A DNA stretch of 63,803 bases, counting the filler, from Chrysochromulina tobinii (Eukaryota): NCBI GenBank assembly GCA_001275005.1. It is 7 parts of 7 records of this genome, joined end to end, with 100 filler letters (N's around TTAATTAATTAA, not from the genome) between each part and the next. Parts side by side here need not be neighbours in the genome. Positions count along the whole stretch, not along the records: positions 18,652 to 26,496 come from JWZX01000073.1; positions 26,597 to 34,551 come from JWZX01000074.1; 5 more parts are not named here. One strand, written 5' to 3'. A program made the position numbers and the translations under genes. Below, in pieces: positions 21,088 to 31,900 of this stretch. Numbering within the stretch: position 1 is the stretch's first letter; every line of letters starts with the position of its first letter. The notes under the pieces are model-generated. The model saw only the letters and a list, made by a program, of their open reading frames with translations, had not been told where the DNA came from and did not search any database.

Positions 21088-24000
21088 TCACTGAGCGTCG
21101 TAGAGCGCGTCGGGGTCTCGGGGTCTGACGCTGAGCGAGCTGGCGCTCCGCGCGGCTCTCAGCCGCATCTCATCCCGTTTCTGACGCCACTGCGGGTCAG
21201 CCGTCCGCTTCTCCGCCGAGTTCCTGTCCGCCGCGCCGGACATCGGAGTGCGCCGTTTGCCCGCTTCGAGCAGCACGGAGGGCGCGGCGGCATCGAGCTG
21301 GCGCAGGAGACCCGGGAGGCCGACGACGCACCGGTCGTCTTTTCCCGCTTCGCGAAAGGCGCCTTGCGGCTTGCTCGTCAGGAAAGCGAGCGCGAGCCGT
21401 CGTTGCTCGGCTGCATGGAGGTCGAGCCGCGTGCGGTCGCGCAGTTCACTCTCCGTGCTCAGGTCCGCTGCGACGCAGGCGCTGGGCTGGATCTGGCAGA
21501 GGAGCTCGTGCACGTTGCACCAGCATGCTTCTCCCACGCGCGCGCGCTTGCCGTCCACGAGCGTCACACGCACCCGCGCAAGATTCTCGCGCGCACCACC
21601 TCCATCGCCTCCCTGGGGCACTGGTCGCCTCGCGACTGGTGTAGCGAGGATGCCGCTGTAGCTGCCGCCACTGTAACCGTAGCCACCATCACCGCCGAAG
21701 CCGCCGCCACTACCGGGTGGAAGACTGCCATCGTCCGCGTAATGAAAGCCATCGTGGTGGCTTTCATTACGTAATGGAAGACTGCCATCGTCCGCATAAT
21801 GAAAGCCACCACCCGCGTAATAACTGCCCCCACCCGCGCCGCCCTCGTAGAGCTCGTCAGCGTTCTGCATGCCGGGAGGTATGGGGTCGAATTCCGCATC
21901 GAGAATCCGCACCTCGAGGCCGCTTGAAAGGGGTAAGACACCGCCAAAGAAGTTTGGGACCATCACATAGGCAGGCGCACTCAGCGCGGTCGCACTCACG
22001 CGGGTACGCGCGGCGGGCCGAGCCGCACGTACACGGGCGCCTGCCTCGCCTGCCGAAGGCAACGGCTGCTCCATGAGCATCAGCTCGTCGTGCCCGCGGG
22101 TCAGCTCGACTTCGCACACGCGCCCGTTCGTGGGCCGCTGCACACCAACTACCCGAAGCAGCGCTCCGTCGGCCACCCGGACGGCCAACGCGCTGTGAGG
22201 CACCATGAACGCCTTCTGCACTTGGTGCACATCGTCGGCGGCCACCTTGCACGTCAGGGCACGTGGCATCGGGCTTCGGGTGTTCGCCCAGCGGATCGTC
22301 TTGTCACGGTGGGCGGTGCGCTTTGCTTCACGCACCAGCGCCGCGCGCTCGACCCAGAGAGCCAAGGTGCTCGCTTTTCGATCGGCGCACAGCTGCTGCC
22401 AAAACAAGAGGGCCCTCGAGCCAAAGACGATGTGAGCCGTGTCGCGCCCGATCCAGCTATTGAGCGCCCTGCGCTCCGCAAGGCGCTGCCACCCCGCCAT
22501 CGCCTGCAGGAAACGCCGCCGCGAGGCGATGCCAAAGGCATACACTGAGAGCCACTTGTTCAGGCCGCGGCGCACCTTGAGGTTGAAGATCGCCATCAGC
22601 GCCGATCGCTGGCGCCGGCGCACAGCCATGCAGAATGCATGCTCCGACTGCCAGCTGTTCATGCCGAGCCGAAGGTTCCTGTTGAGGAGCGCACTGAGCG
22701 CCTTTCGACGGCGAGAATGCTCGCTCGCCGTGGATTCATGAGTGTCCAGCCAGCAATTGAGGCCGCGCCGTGCCTTGAGGTTCTTCAGCGCGCCAATCGC
22801 CGAGTGCATCGATTCCCACAGCCGAGCTTGCTCGCTGTTGAAGCCCATCCACGAGTTGAACGCGCGTCGGAAGCGCAGCAGTGCGACTGCTCGACCTGCC
22901 ACCGCCGCCTGCTCCTGTGGAATGCACCTTCGCATCGGGCACTCGTAGATCCAGATGCGAAGGTACCGGTGCATGCGAGCGCGCAGCACCGGGTTCAGCA
23001 TTGGGTATTCCGCCTTCCGCTGTGAAATGCGCACCGGGTTCAGCACAGGGTACAAGACGACAGGGTTCAGCGACCGCGTGCGCGCGGCAAGGTCACGCCA
23101 TATGCGCACGGCGTCGTCGTACGCAAAGCGCTTCCACAGCACTGCCGCATGGCCGAGCCGCTCGCAGACTAGCTGCCTAGTTAGGCGGTGCTCGATGAGC
23201 GTGCTCAGCCCAGCGCGCACGCCGCGCTGCCGGAAGGCCGCCGCCGCCGCCCGCATCTGTGCGAGTGCAAGTGCCCTTTCGTGCAGCATCGTACCCCAGC
23301 CCTTCAGTCCCTTGCGCAGATCGCGAAACAGCAAGCCACGTGCCGCGCGCTTCGCCGGGCCGCGCAGCCGGCCTGCAGCTGCAAGCTGCTTCCAGGCCTT
23401 GACGTGCTCTCGTCGCATCAAGGCGATAACCGCCGGCCGGAGCTTTTTGAGCACCGCCTGCCTCATTTGGCACTGCTCGAGGAGCGTGTTCAGTACGGCG
23501 CGCTCGCCGCGCTGCCGGAAGGCCGCCGCCGCCGCCCGCAACTGCAAGAGAGCGGCTGCGCGCTCGTGCACAATCGCGAGCCAGCCGTTCAGCCCCTTGC
23601 GCATGCCGCGGCGCAGCAGGTTGGCGGCTGCGCGCTTGGCGATCCTAAACATGCGCGCGAGGGACCGCAGCTGGTTCCATGCCTTGAGGATGTGGCGATT
23701 GACGAGCGCACGCCCGGCACCAGCGAGTCGATCCAGCATTTCGCGCCGCTCGAGCCTCTTGGTAATGAGCGTGTTCAAGCCTTTGCGCAGGCCTTGGGAT
23801 CGAAACGCCGTGGTACCGGCGCACAGCTGCAGCAGCTTGTGCTTCTGCTGGACCACCATATCCAGCCAAGAATTATACCCAGCATGCTGTGCACGGTGCA
23901 TGAATGACGCTGCCGCACGCCGCTTGAGTTTGAGGAGGGCGGCGCCTTCGACTTGCTTCGACTTCCACCTGCTCATCATGACCCGCTTGTACAGTGTTGC

Positions 24001-24228
24001 CGAGTGAGTTGTGGCGACCCCGAGGAGCTCATCCTCCACATGCGCGATGATCTCGTTGATGCGCAAGCGGCTGCCAACACCCACCACGAGTGCCGCTCCA
24101 ATGACCCGCTGCTCTGGTGAAGGCGGAGCAGGATCCGTTAGCTTACTCGCCAGCTCGTTCACCTGGCGTTCCGCCTCCTCCATCTCCTCTCGATGCCGCC
24201 GCTCGAGCTCCGCCAGCCGCCTCGCCAT
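21088..24228 (-). CDS. Sfi1-like (centrin-binding repeat) helical protein
   Basis: Repeated basic A..L..R.LRKG(L/F)N.W units. Probable start is MARRLAELE at 24228. Confidence 0.55.
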   Translation of the reverse strand: MARRLAELERRHREEMEEAERQVNELASKLTDPAPPSPEQRVIGAALVVGVGSRLRINEIIAHVEDELLGVATTHSATLYKRVMMSRWKSKQVEGAALLKLKRRAAASFMHRAQHAGYNSWLDMVVQQKHKLLQLCAGTTAFRSQGLRKGLNTLITKRLERREMLDRLAGAGRALVNRHILKAWNQLRSLARMFRIAKRAAANLLRRGMRKGLNGWLAIVHERAAALLQLRAAAAAFRQRGERAVLNTLLEQCQMRQAVLKKLRPAVIALMRREHVKAWKQLAAAGRLRGPAKRAARGLLFRDLRKGLKGWGTMLHERALALAQMRAAAAAFRQRGVRAGLSTLIEHRLTRQLVCERLGHAAVLWKRFAYDDAVRIWRDLAARTRSLNPVVLYPVLNPVRISQRKAEYPMLNPVLRARMHRYLRIWIYECPMRRCIPQEQAAVAGRAVALLRFRRAFNSWMGFNSEQARLWESMHSAIGALKNLKARRGLNCWLDTHESTASEHSRRRKALSALLNRNLRLGMNSWQSEHAFCMAVRRRQRSALMAIFNLKVRRGLNKWLSVYAFGIASRRRFLQAMAGWQRLAERRALNSWIGRDTAHIVFGSRALLFWQQLCADRKASTLALWVERAALVREAKRTAHRDKTIRWANTRSPMPRALTCKVAADDVHQVQKAFMVPHSALAVRVADGALLRVVGVQRPTNGRVCEVELTRGHDELMLMEQPLPSAGEAGARVRAARPAARTRVSATALSAPAYVMVPNFFGGVLPLSSGLEVRILDAEFDPIPPGMQNADELYEGGAGGGSYYAGGGFHYADDGSLPLRNESHHDGFHYADDGSLPPGSGGGFGGDGGYGYSGGSYSGILATPVARRPVPQGGDGGGARENLARVRVTLVDGKRARVGEACWCNVHELLCQIQPSACVAADLSTESELRDRTRLDLHAAEQRRLALAFLTSKPQGAFREAGKDDRCVVGLPGLLRQLDAAAPSVLLEAGKRRTPMSGAADRNSAEKRTADPQWRQKRDEMRLRAARSASSLSVRPRDPDALYDAQ

Positions 24229-24678
24229 CGCTTCCGGCTGGACGCACGACCACAAAAATCGACGCCGCACGACATGGAGGACAAGTGTGCCGGAATCGTT
24301 ACAAAACTTCCGGCCTTTACGTTTCCCCACAGAGCGGTGGCCTGCCGCGATCGTGCTTGTGAGGTTCGTCTGTGTGATCCGTGTGCCCATGTGTCCCGTG
24401 CGGCGTGTCCCGTGCGGCGACCGGCGTGTCCCGTGTGTGTCCCGGCTCCCCAATTGCGGCTCCCCCGATGTTTTTGATAGTTACTCGGTAACTAACACGC
24501 GCCAAACCCGAGTCCGCACGGGCCAAACGCGTGCAAAGAAGCACGGCAGCGAGCACCCAGACCGGCGGCTACATTACGTGTACCGCGCATACAATCACAC
24601 ACGTCCGATAGAAAGTAATGAGATGAGCGTCTCAGGAGCGCTTGTGGATGTGCGGTGAAGGCAGCGTGCGGAAATGAA

Positions 24679-25491
24679 TCACGACTCAAACGTAGTCGTA
24701 GACTCAAAGTCAAAGTCTCCTTCCTCATAGCCGCTCCGTGGGCTGAAGCTCGCCACTAGGACCGCGCGCGTGCCATCCTCGACGGGCAAGCCCGCATGAG
24801 TCAGCCGCCCCCCCCAAAGTAAAGCAGTGCCTGCAGGAGGCGCGAGCGATACCGTCGGCGGCCCACGAGGTTGCAAGGCGTTCGTGTCCGCGCGCCAAAA
24901 TCCGGTACCACCGCCTTTGAATGCGTCGGAGGTCGTGAGCGGGATGAGGACGGTTAGTGCCTGGCCGTCCTTGTGCGGCAGGAACTCTCCTCCTTCCTTG
25001 TACACGTTGACAGCTGGCTCGCGGTCGGCCCACAGAAGAGCATTCGCGGCGTACATGCTGGCTAAGCTCCCTTTCCCATGTCCAAAGAGGAGTCGTAGCG
25101 AAGGCAGTTGCTCGTCAATGACATCTAAGCAGCGCGTGAGCAGCGCTTGCACAAGAGCGTCCGCCTCGTGCGTGAGTGCGACTGGGCAAGGCTTGCCTTG
25201 AGCTTGAGCTCTTTGAGTGGCAGCAATACATGGGAGACGGACACGGCCGTGCGTGAAAGGCTTTGAGCTCGCTGATGCACGGGTGGCAATCTCACATGCT
25301 GCGTCCACAAGGGCTGAACACTCAGCTGCACTGGCAATGCCCGGAAGCATCAGCACCACTTCGCTGTTCCTGACAGCCTCTCTGACGATCATAGAAGTGT
25401 CGCCGGTTATCTTTCGATCTGTGATCCAAACATCCTGCCAGCGTGACGTGGTCAGGAGTGCCATTGGCAGCAGCCATGCAGCAGCCAACAT
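24679..25491 (-). CDS. 2OG-Fe(II) dioxygenase (prolyl-4-hydroxylase-like)
   Basis: VNVY..GGEFLPHKD (HxD), GGGTGF and HAGLPVEDGTRAVLVASF (distal His, RxS-like). Signal-like N-terminus from ATG 25491. Confidence 0.85.
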   Translation of the reverse strand: MLAAAWLLPMALLTTSRWQDVWITDRKITGDTSMIVREAVRNSEVVLMLPGIASAAECSALVDAACEIATRASASSKPFTHGRVRLPCIAATQRAQAQGKPCPVALTHEADALVQALLTRCLDVIDEQLPSLRLLFGHGKGSLASMYAANALLWADREPAVNVYKEGGEFLPHKDGQALTVLIPLTTSDAFKGGGTGFWRADTNALQPRGPPTVSLAPPAGTALLWGGRLTHAGLPVEDGTRAVLVASFSPRSGYEEGDFDFESTTTFES

Positions 25492-26361
25492 CACTTTGCT
25501 TTTGTCGACGCACCAACCGCAGGGTCCCACCCCACACGAACGCGGTCCCGCACTTGACCCGCACGTGCTCCAGGCCTCCAGGCACCAAAGGCTGATCAGC
25601 CCTGAGACACACGCCAGCACAGTCGCTTAAGCACCATGCCCCACGAGTGTACGAGCTCTCCCGCGGGGGCGATTGGCTGTGAATTCAGGATGGTTTTCGT
25701 GAACGGACTTCCGACCCATCCTGAACTCACACAGTGTCGACCCGTCTTCCTTCCTTTCATTCATTCATTCCTCGTACGACGAAGAAGACTGCCCCGATTG
25801 CTGGCCTGTTACTTACTGTTACCAGCAGGGGGTCATGTATACATGTCGATGTACATGTTACGGCGCGCCCCCCGAGGACCCGCTTGCATGAGCGCCGCTC
25901 TACTGTGTGGTCCTGTTTTAATTCACACACACACACATCATCACACATACACCATAACTTCATAACACCATGGCGGGTATTGGCGGGTACAGCACGGGGG
26001 CGGTTTAGAAGGGCGCGGCATCTTGCCCATGGTGAGGCGTGAGCTTGACTGATCTAGCTTAGATGTTAGAACCACTCCGTTATCATGTCCGTTATGCGTT
26101 CGGTTTCCCGTCCCGCGCTTGTGCTTTTGAATTTGGTCACACCGGACCATACAAGGTCTTCATAGGTCCATACACTCAAGTACGCGGCCCACACGCGCGC
26201 GCGACCGTGGTCATCCGAGGCCGGGCCCTCGCGCATATAAGTTCACAAAGTCGAAAGTGGGGGGCGTCATAGGGGGGCGGGGTAAAAACTATCAGTAGGT
26301 CCTTCTTGCGTTCGGTGGGCAGCCCGGCCGGTGGGACGGCGGTCGATGAATTGAGCCCTGG

Positions 26362-26496
26362 CCTCGACAACTCGACAGGAAACTCGACAGTTACTCGACA
26401 GCTAGTAAACAGCTAGTCAAAGCTACTCGACAGTTACTCGACAGAGCTACTCGTGACTCCATGTGCCTGTGCGTCAAGGTGTCAAGCTCGACAGCT
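26362..26496 (+). repeat. Irregular CTCGACA(G) repeat array at contig end
   Basis: About seven CTCGACA copies with variable spacers. Confidence 0.75.
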
Positions 26497-26596
26497 NNNN
26501 NNNNNNNNNNNNNNNNNNNNNNNNNNNNNNNNNNNNNNNNTTAATTAATTAANNNNNNNNNNNNNNNNNNNNNNNNNNNNNNNNNNNNNNNNNNNN

Positions 26597-28760
26597 GGCG
26601 GCTTCGGCGGCTGCTGCTTCGGCTGCTGCTGTGGGGGCGAGCGCGATGTGGGCGGCACCTGTGGCGCCGTCGTGAGCATCTCGAGTGCCGCCACCACGTC
26701 ACCATGGACGCGCTCGAGCGCAGTGCGGGCTGCGGGCGCGCTGAAGCCCATCTCGACCATCTGATGAGGGAGGCAATCATCCTAATGAGGGAGACAATCA
26801 TCCTAATGAGGGAGGCAATCATCCTAATGAGCGAGCCCATCTCGACACTCACCTGTTGCACACCGAGCGTCACGATTTGCTCGTGCTCGCTGCCCGCCGC
26901 GTGTGCGCTTGCTGTGCCTGCCGCCTTGGGCGCCGCCTTGGGCTGCGCAGGCTTTTGCGCCGTCGCCGGTGCGGCCAAGGACGCCGACGCCGCCGCCGCC
27001 GCCGCCGGTGCCGGCGACGGTGCGGCAGCTGGTGGCGCCCGTGACGGCGCTTTGGGTGGCTCGGGCGGCACCTTCGTCTTCGCTTCCTTGCCCAGCGCCG
27101 CCAGCAGCTCGCGCGCCGTCGTGAGCAGCGCGGCGCCCTTGTCCACCTTGGCCTCGACGCCAACGGTCTCGGCGCGTCGAATGGCGGCCTTGAGCCGCGA
27201 GCGCGTGCACTCCTCGTCATCGAGCACCGCCTGCAGCTCAGCGGCGGCGATGCGCGCGGCTTCGGACTCCTCGGAGCGACGTCTCTCGTCCTCACGTGCG
27301 CAGAGCAGGCGCTTGAGCGCCCCCTTGGCATGCGCTTGTACCTGTGGGGACGGGAGGCGCCGTGGTGAGCACTTGCATGCAGGGCAGGCGCTTGAGCGCC
27401 CCCTTGGGGCGGCTTCGATGGCGTGCGCTTGCACCTCCTTGCACACACCCACGCGCTGCGCCGAGGTGAGCACGCGCTTGATCACCTCCTCCTGCTCCTC
27501 GATGGCCACAAGCACCAGAGGCAGCTGCACGCTGCCGCCGCCGGCGCTGTCGCCCGCCGACCGGCGCTGCAGCTCCTCGATGCGTGCAAGCCCCTCGTCG
27601 ACGGCGTGGCGAAGCTCATGCTCCACCTCCGCCTTACGTATCTCGATTTGGACCTCACGCCTCCGGGTTTCGTCACGTCGCTTGGCCACTGCCGCCGCCT
27701 CCGCCTGCGCCTTCTCACGCTCTCTCTGGGCTTCCGTCTCGGCCTGGACGCGCTGCTGGCGCGCGCGCTCGCGCCACTCGCCCGCCGCCTTGGCCACCTC
27801 CGCCGCGAGCTGCGCGCCCTCGCTGTCGCTCACCCCGGTCTGCCCGTGCAGCTCGGCGGAAGCGATGCATGCGGCGGCGGCTTGATCGAAGGCTTCAGCA
27901 GCCGCTTCGTGCTTGCCGAGGCCCGCGAGCGCCATCCCGAGCCGCCCGTGCGCCTTGTCCCAGTCAGGTGAGAGCTTGGCGCACTCGACAGCGTCCTTGT
28001 AAGCCTCCTCGAAACGCTCAAGCTTGGCATAGGAGGCAGAGCGGTTCGAGAGCAGACGAGGGTTGCGCGTCGGTGCCATCGCCTTGAGCGCCGCGGAGTA
28101 CTGCGTCACCGCCTTGGCATACCTGCCCGCGGCGAAGGCCTGGTTGCCGCGCTGGCGCAGCTGGTCGGCGCGCGTGGGCTCGGCCGCCTCGGACGCCTTC
28201 TGCGCGCAACGTTGGCGCGCCTGCTCGAACTGTCGCTGCACTTGCTGCTGCGCACGGCGCATCTCCTCGCGCTGCGCCTCCTGCGCGCGCCGCCAGTGCT
28301 CCTCCTGATGTATGTGCTCCGTGCGAGACGTGTGCTCCCTGCGGTGGCGGATCCCATCCGCCTCGCGCTCGAATGAAAAGCTCCCATCGTGGCCGGCGAG
28401 GCCTGTGAACACAAAGCCGCTCCCCGGCGCAAAGACGCTTCCCGGCGTGCGGGGGCCGAAGCCGAACATGCGCTCGAGCAGGTCGGAGACGAGCTCGTCG
28501 TCGTCGTCGTAGACCACGACTTCTTCCTCGTCGTCTTCGTCGTAGTCGTCATCGTCCTCGTCATCAAAGCGGCCGGATTCATCGGCGGCTTGCAGGCACG
28601 TGTAGGCGTCTTGGATGCGTTGGAAGCGCTGGTTCGCGTCCGGATGCTTGGACTTGTCGGGATGCTCCGTGAGCAGCAGGCGACGGTACGCCTTGCGCGC
28701 GTCATCGAAGCTGGCGTCGGGCGCGAGCTCAAGAATCGCGCGAGCCTCGGATGTGCGCAT
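26597..28760 (-). CDS. J-domain / TPR / UBA co-chaperone (3'-truncated); exons 28760-27435, 27341-26853, 26760 to gap
   Basis: J domain with HPD, TPR triplet (GNQAF..GRYAKA; LLSNRSASY; WDKAHGRLG) and UBA-like MVEMGFS..ARTALE..GDVVAALEML after intron 26761-26852. Confidence 0.85.
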
Positions 28761-28933
28761 TTCGCGCGCGGCGAAGCGCGTGAGGAGGGAGCGAGCCGAC
28801 GGCGTCCGCTCGCACGCGGCGCGATGTGAAAACGCGAAAGTAACATGTGCCAAGATATGGGTCTTACACCATGAGTAAAAATGACTATCGGCTTATAACA
28901 AAGTATGAAGAATCGGCCACGCCGGCGGCGAAC

Positions 28934-31900
28934 ATGGGCAACCAGCTCGCGTCGCTCTCGCACCAGCCCGACAACACGATCGCCCTGCCCGAGGGCGTGA
29001 CCTTCGAGGATCGCCTGGGCGGCGGCCAGTTCCTCAGGACGCTCAAGTGCGGCAGCGAGGACGGCGCGCTCGTGGTCAAGGTGTACTCAAAACGCGAGTC
29101 GCGCACGGCGCTCTCGAGCTATGAGGAGATGCTCGCCGTTGTGCGCGAGCGTCTGACGCTCAACGGCGCGCCCAACGTGATGCCCTTCCGCTGGTTCGAG
29201 GAGACACCGCAAGCCGCCTACCTCGTGCGCCAGTACTTTCACTCCAACCTTTTGGAGCGCATGAGCACGCCGCCCTTCCTGACGGTCGTCGAGAAGCGCT
29301 GGCTCGCCTTCCAGCTGCTGCAGGCGCTGCAGCAGTGCCACGCGGTCGGCGTGTGCCACGGCGACGTCAAGGCCGAGAACATCATGGTCACGTCGTGGAA
29401 CTGGCTGTTCCTGTGCGACCTCGCGAACTACAAGCCCTCCATCCTGCCGCAGGACGACCCGACGATCTTCAACTACTTTTTCGCCACCTCGCGCCGCGCG
29501 TGCGCGCTCGCGCCCGAGCGTTTCGTCGAGCGGCCGTCCATTGCTGCCGCCACTAAGGCCGCCGCCGCAGCCGCTCGCGACGGCGCGATCGTCGCGTCGC
29601 CCGCCGACGGCGGCGCCGCCGATGTGGGCTCTGCGCCGCCCCCGTCGTCGCCCGCGCCGCCCGCGCCGCCGCCGCCGCCGCCCGAGGGCTGCACCGAGCA
29701 CTCGGACGTCTTCTCGTGCGGCTGCGTGCTCCTCGAGCTCTTCACCGAGCACGGCGCGCCCTTTGAGCTGCCTCAGCTCCTGCGCTACACGCGCAATGAG
29801 CAAGGCGCACGCGAGCCTCTCGACGCGGCGCTCGGGCGGGTCAAGGAGGCGCCGCTGCGCGAGCTGCTCGAGCTGATGACGCGGCGCAATCCCGAGGAGC
29901 GCCCAGATTCTGCGCGCTGCCTCAAGCTCGCGCGCGGCACCGTCTTCGAAGAGAGCTTCTACACGTTCGCCTTCGACTTTTTCAAAGGGATCCGCCTGAT
30001 GGACCAGCACGCGCAAGCAGCGGAGCTGTGCGACCACTTTGAGCGTCTGCTTCTCGAGCTCGCTCCTCCCGACGAGCTCGCCCCCGCCGCCGTCGGCGGC
30101 ACGGCTGGGCTCGCGGCGGCGGCGGCCAAGGCGCAGGCGGGCGCGGCCGGCTACCTCGAGCGTGTCGAAGAGACCAGGCGGGCACAGCAGCAGCAGCAGC
30201 AGCAGCGGCAAGAGGCGGCCGCCGTCAAGGGCGTCCCCGCGAAGCCGGCGGCGGTGGCGACGGTGGCGAGCTCGTCCGAGGGCGCCGAAGGCGGCGGCAG
30301 CTGCCTGGTGCTGCTCGTCGGATGCTTCTGTGCCTCCATTCGGAATGTGACCTCGTCCGGGCTCAAGCTGCGATGCATGCAGTTGCTGCTCCGTCTGGCG
30401 CTGCGGTGCGAGGACGCGGTGCGCACGCACCGCGTGCTGCCCTATCTGATCGCGCTGCTCTCCGACCCCACGCCGCTTGTGCGCGCCGAAGCGATCGCGC
30501 TCACCTCGGCGCTTCTCGCCTCGGTCGAGACGCTGCAGCCGTCCGACGAGCGCGTGATGCCCGACTACGTGCTGCCCGCCGTCTCGCGATGCGCGCACGA
30601 CCCCGAGGAGCTCGTGCGCTGCGCGCTCGCGCGCACGATCGCCGAGCTCGCCGAGACGGCGAAGAGATTCATCGAGATCTCGCAGTGGATGCGCGTCGTC
30701 ACGCTGCGCAGGGACGGCAGCGGCGGCGGCCTCACGGCGAGCGCCCTGGGCGGCGGGAGAGACAGCGAGGCGCCCGCGGCCATCCTGCAGAGCTTCGACG
30801 CCGAGCTGGGCGCTCTGCGTGCGGACGTGGCGCGCGTCGTGATCGACCTGGTCACCGGCGACATGGTCGCGTCGTCCTCCTCGGTGCGCCGCTCGCTGCT
30901 CGACGATCTCACGCGCCTCGCCATCTTCATGTCGCGCCAGCTGACCAACGATGTGCTCCTACCCCACTTCATCTCCTTCCTCAACGACCGCGACGCCGCG
31001 CTGCGTGTCGCCTTCTACGAGTCCATCGCGGGCGTGTGCGCCTTCGTGGGCATAGCTTCGCTCGAGGCCTTTGTGCTCCCGTGCATCCTGCAGGTGATTG
31101 CATGCTGATTGCGAGTTGATTGCATGCTGATTGCACCTTGCGAGTGCATGCTGATTGCTCCCGTGCATCCTGCAGAGTGGGCTGTACGACGTCGAGGAGG
31201 CCGTCGTTGCCGCCGCGCTGCACTCCCTCTGCCGGCTCGCGGACGTGCACCTGCACACACGCGCCTCTCTCATCGAGATCTCGACCAAGGTGGCGCCGCT
31301 GCTCACGCATCCCAACACGTGGGTCCGTCATGCGGCCGTTGCCTTCTTTGGCTCGGTCGGCCAGCAGTTTGCACCCGTCGAGACCTTCTGCCTGCTCCGT
31401 CCGGTGCTCCGACCGTTCCTGGCCCGCCCGCTGCTCTCCCTCGAGACGAAGCTGCTGCTCGCCGCGCTCAAGCCTCCCGCCTCCCGACTCATCTTCGACC
31501 TCGCGCTCGCCTGCGCCGCCGAGCAGCAGCAGCTGCACGCCAACCTCCTCACCCTCAATGGCGGCGCCGTGCTGGGCGTGCCGGGCGCCGTGCCGGGCAG
31601 CACCGACGCGGACGCCGTGTCGCGGCTCGGCTTCCAATCGGCCGAGGACGTGTCGGCCTTCGACGGCCTCGACGTCGACGACGACGAGGGCGGCGAGCCC
31701 GATACGGCGCTTTGCGAGGCGCTGCTCATGTCGGGGGCTCATGAGGTGAAGGCGGCGCCGCCCGGTGCGCCGTCGGCGAATGCGACGGCTCCGGCGGCGC
31801 AGGCGCTGGCGGCGGGGACGGCCTCGTCTGGGCTGGCGGAGGTGGCGCCACTCGCGCTGCACCAGGTACGTTGATTGCCACTGATGACCTGCCTTGCATG

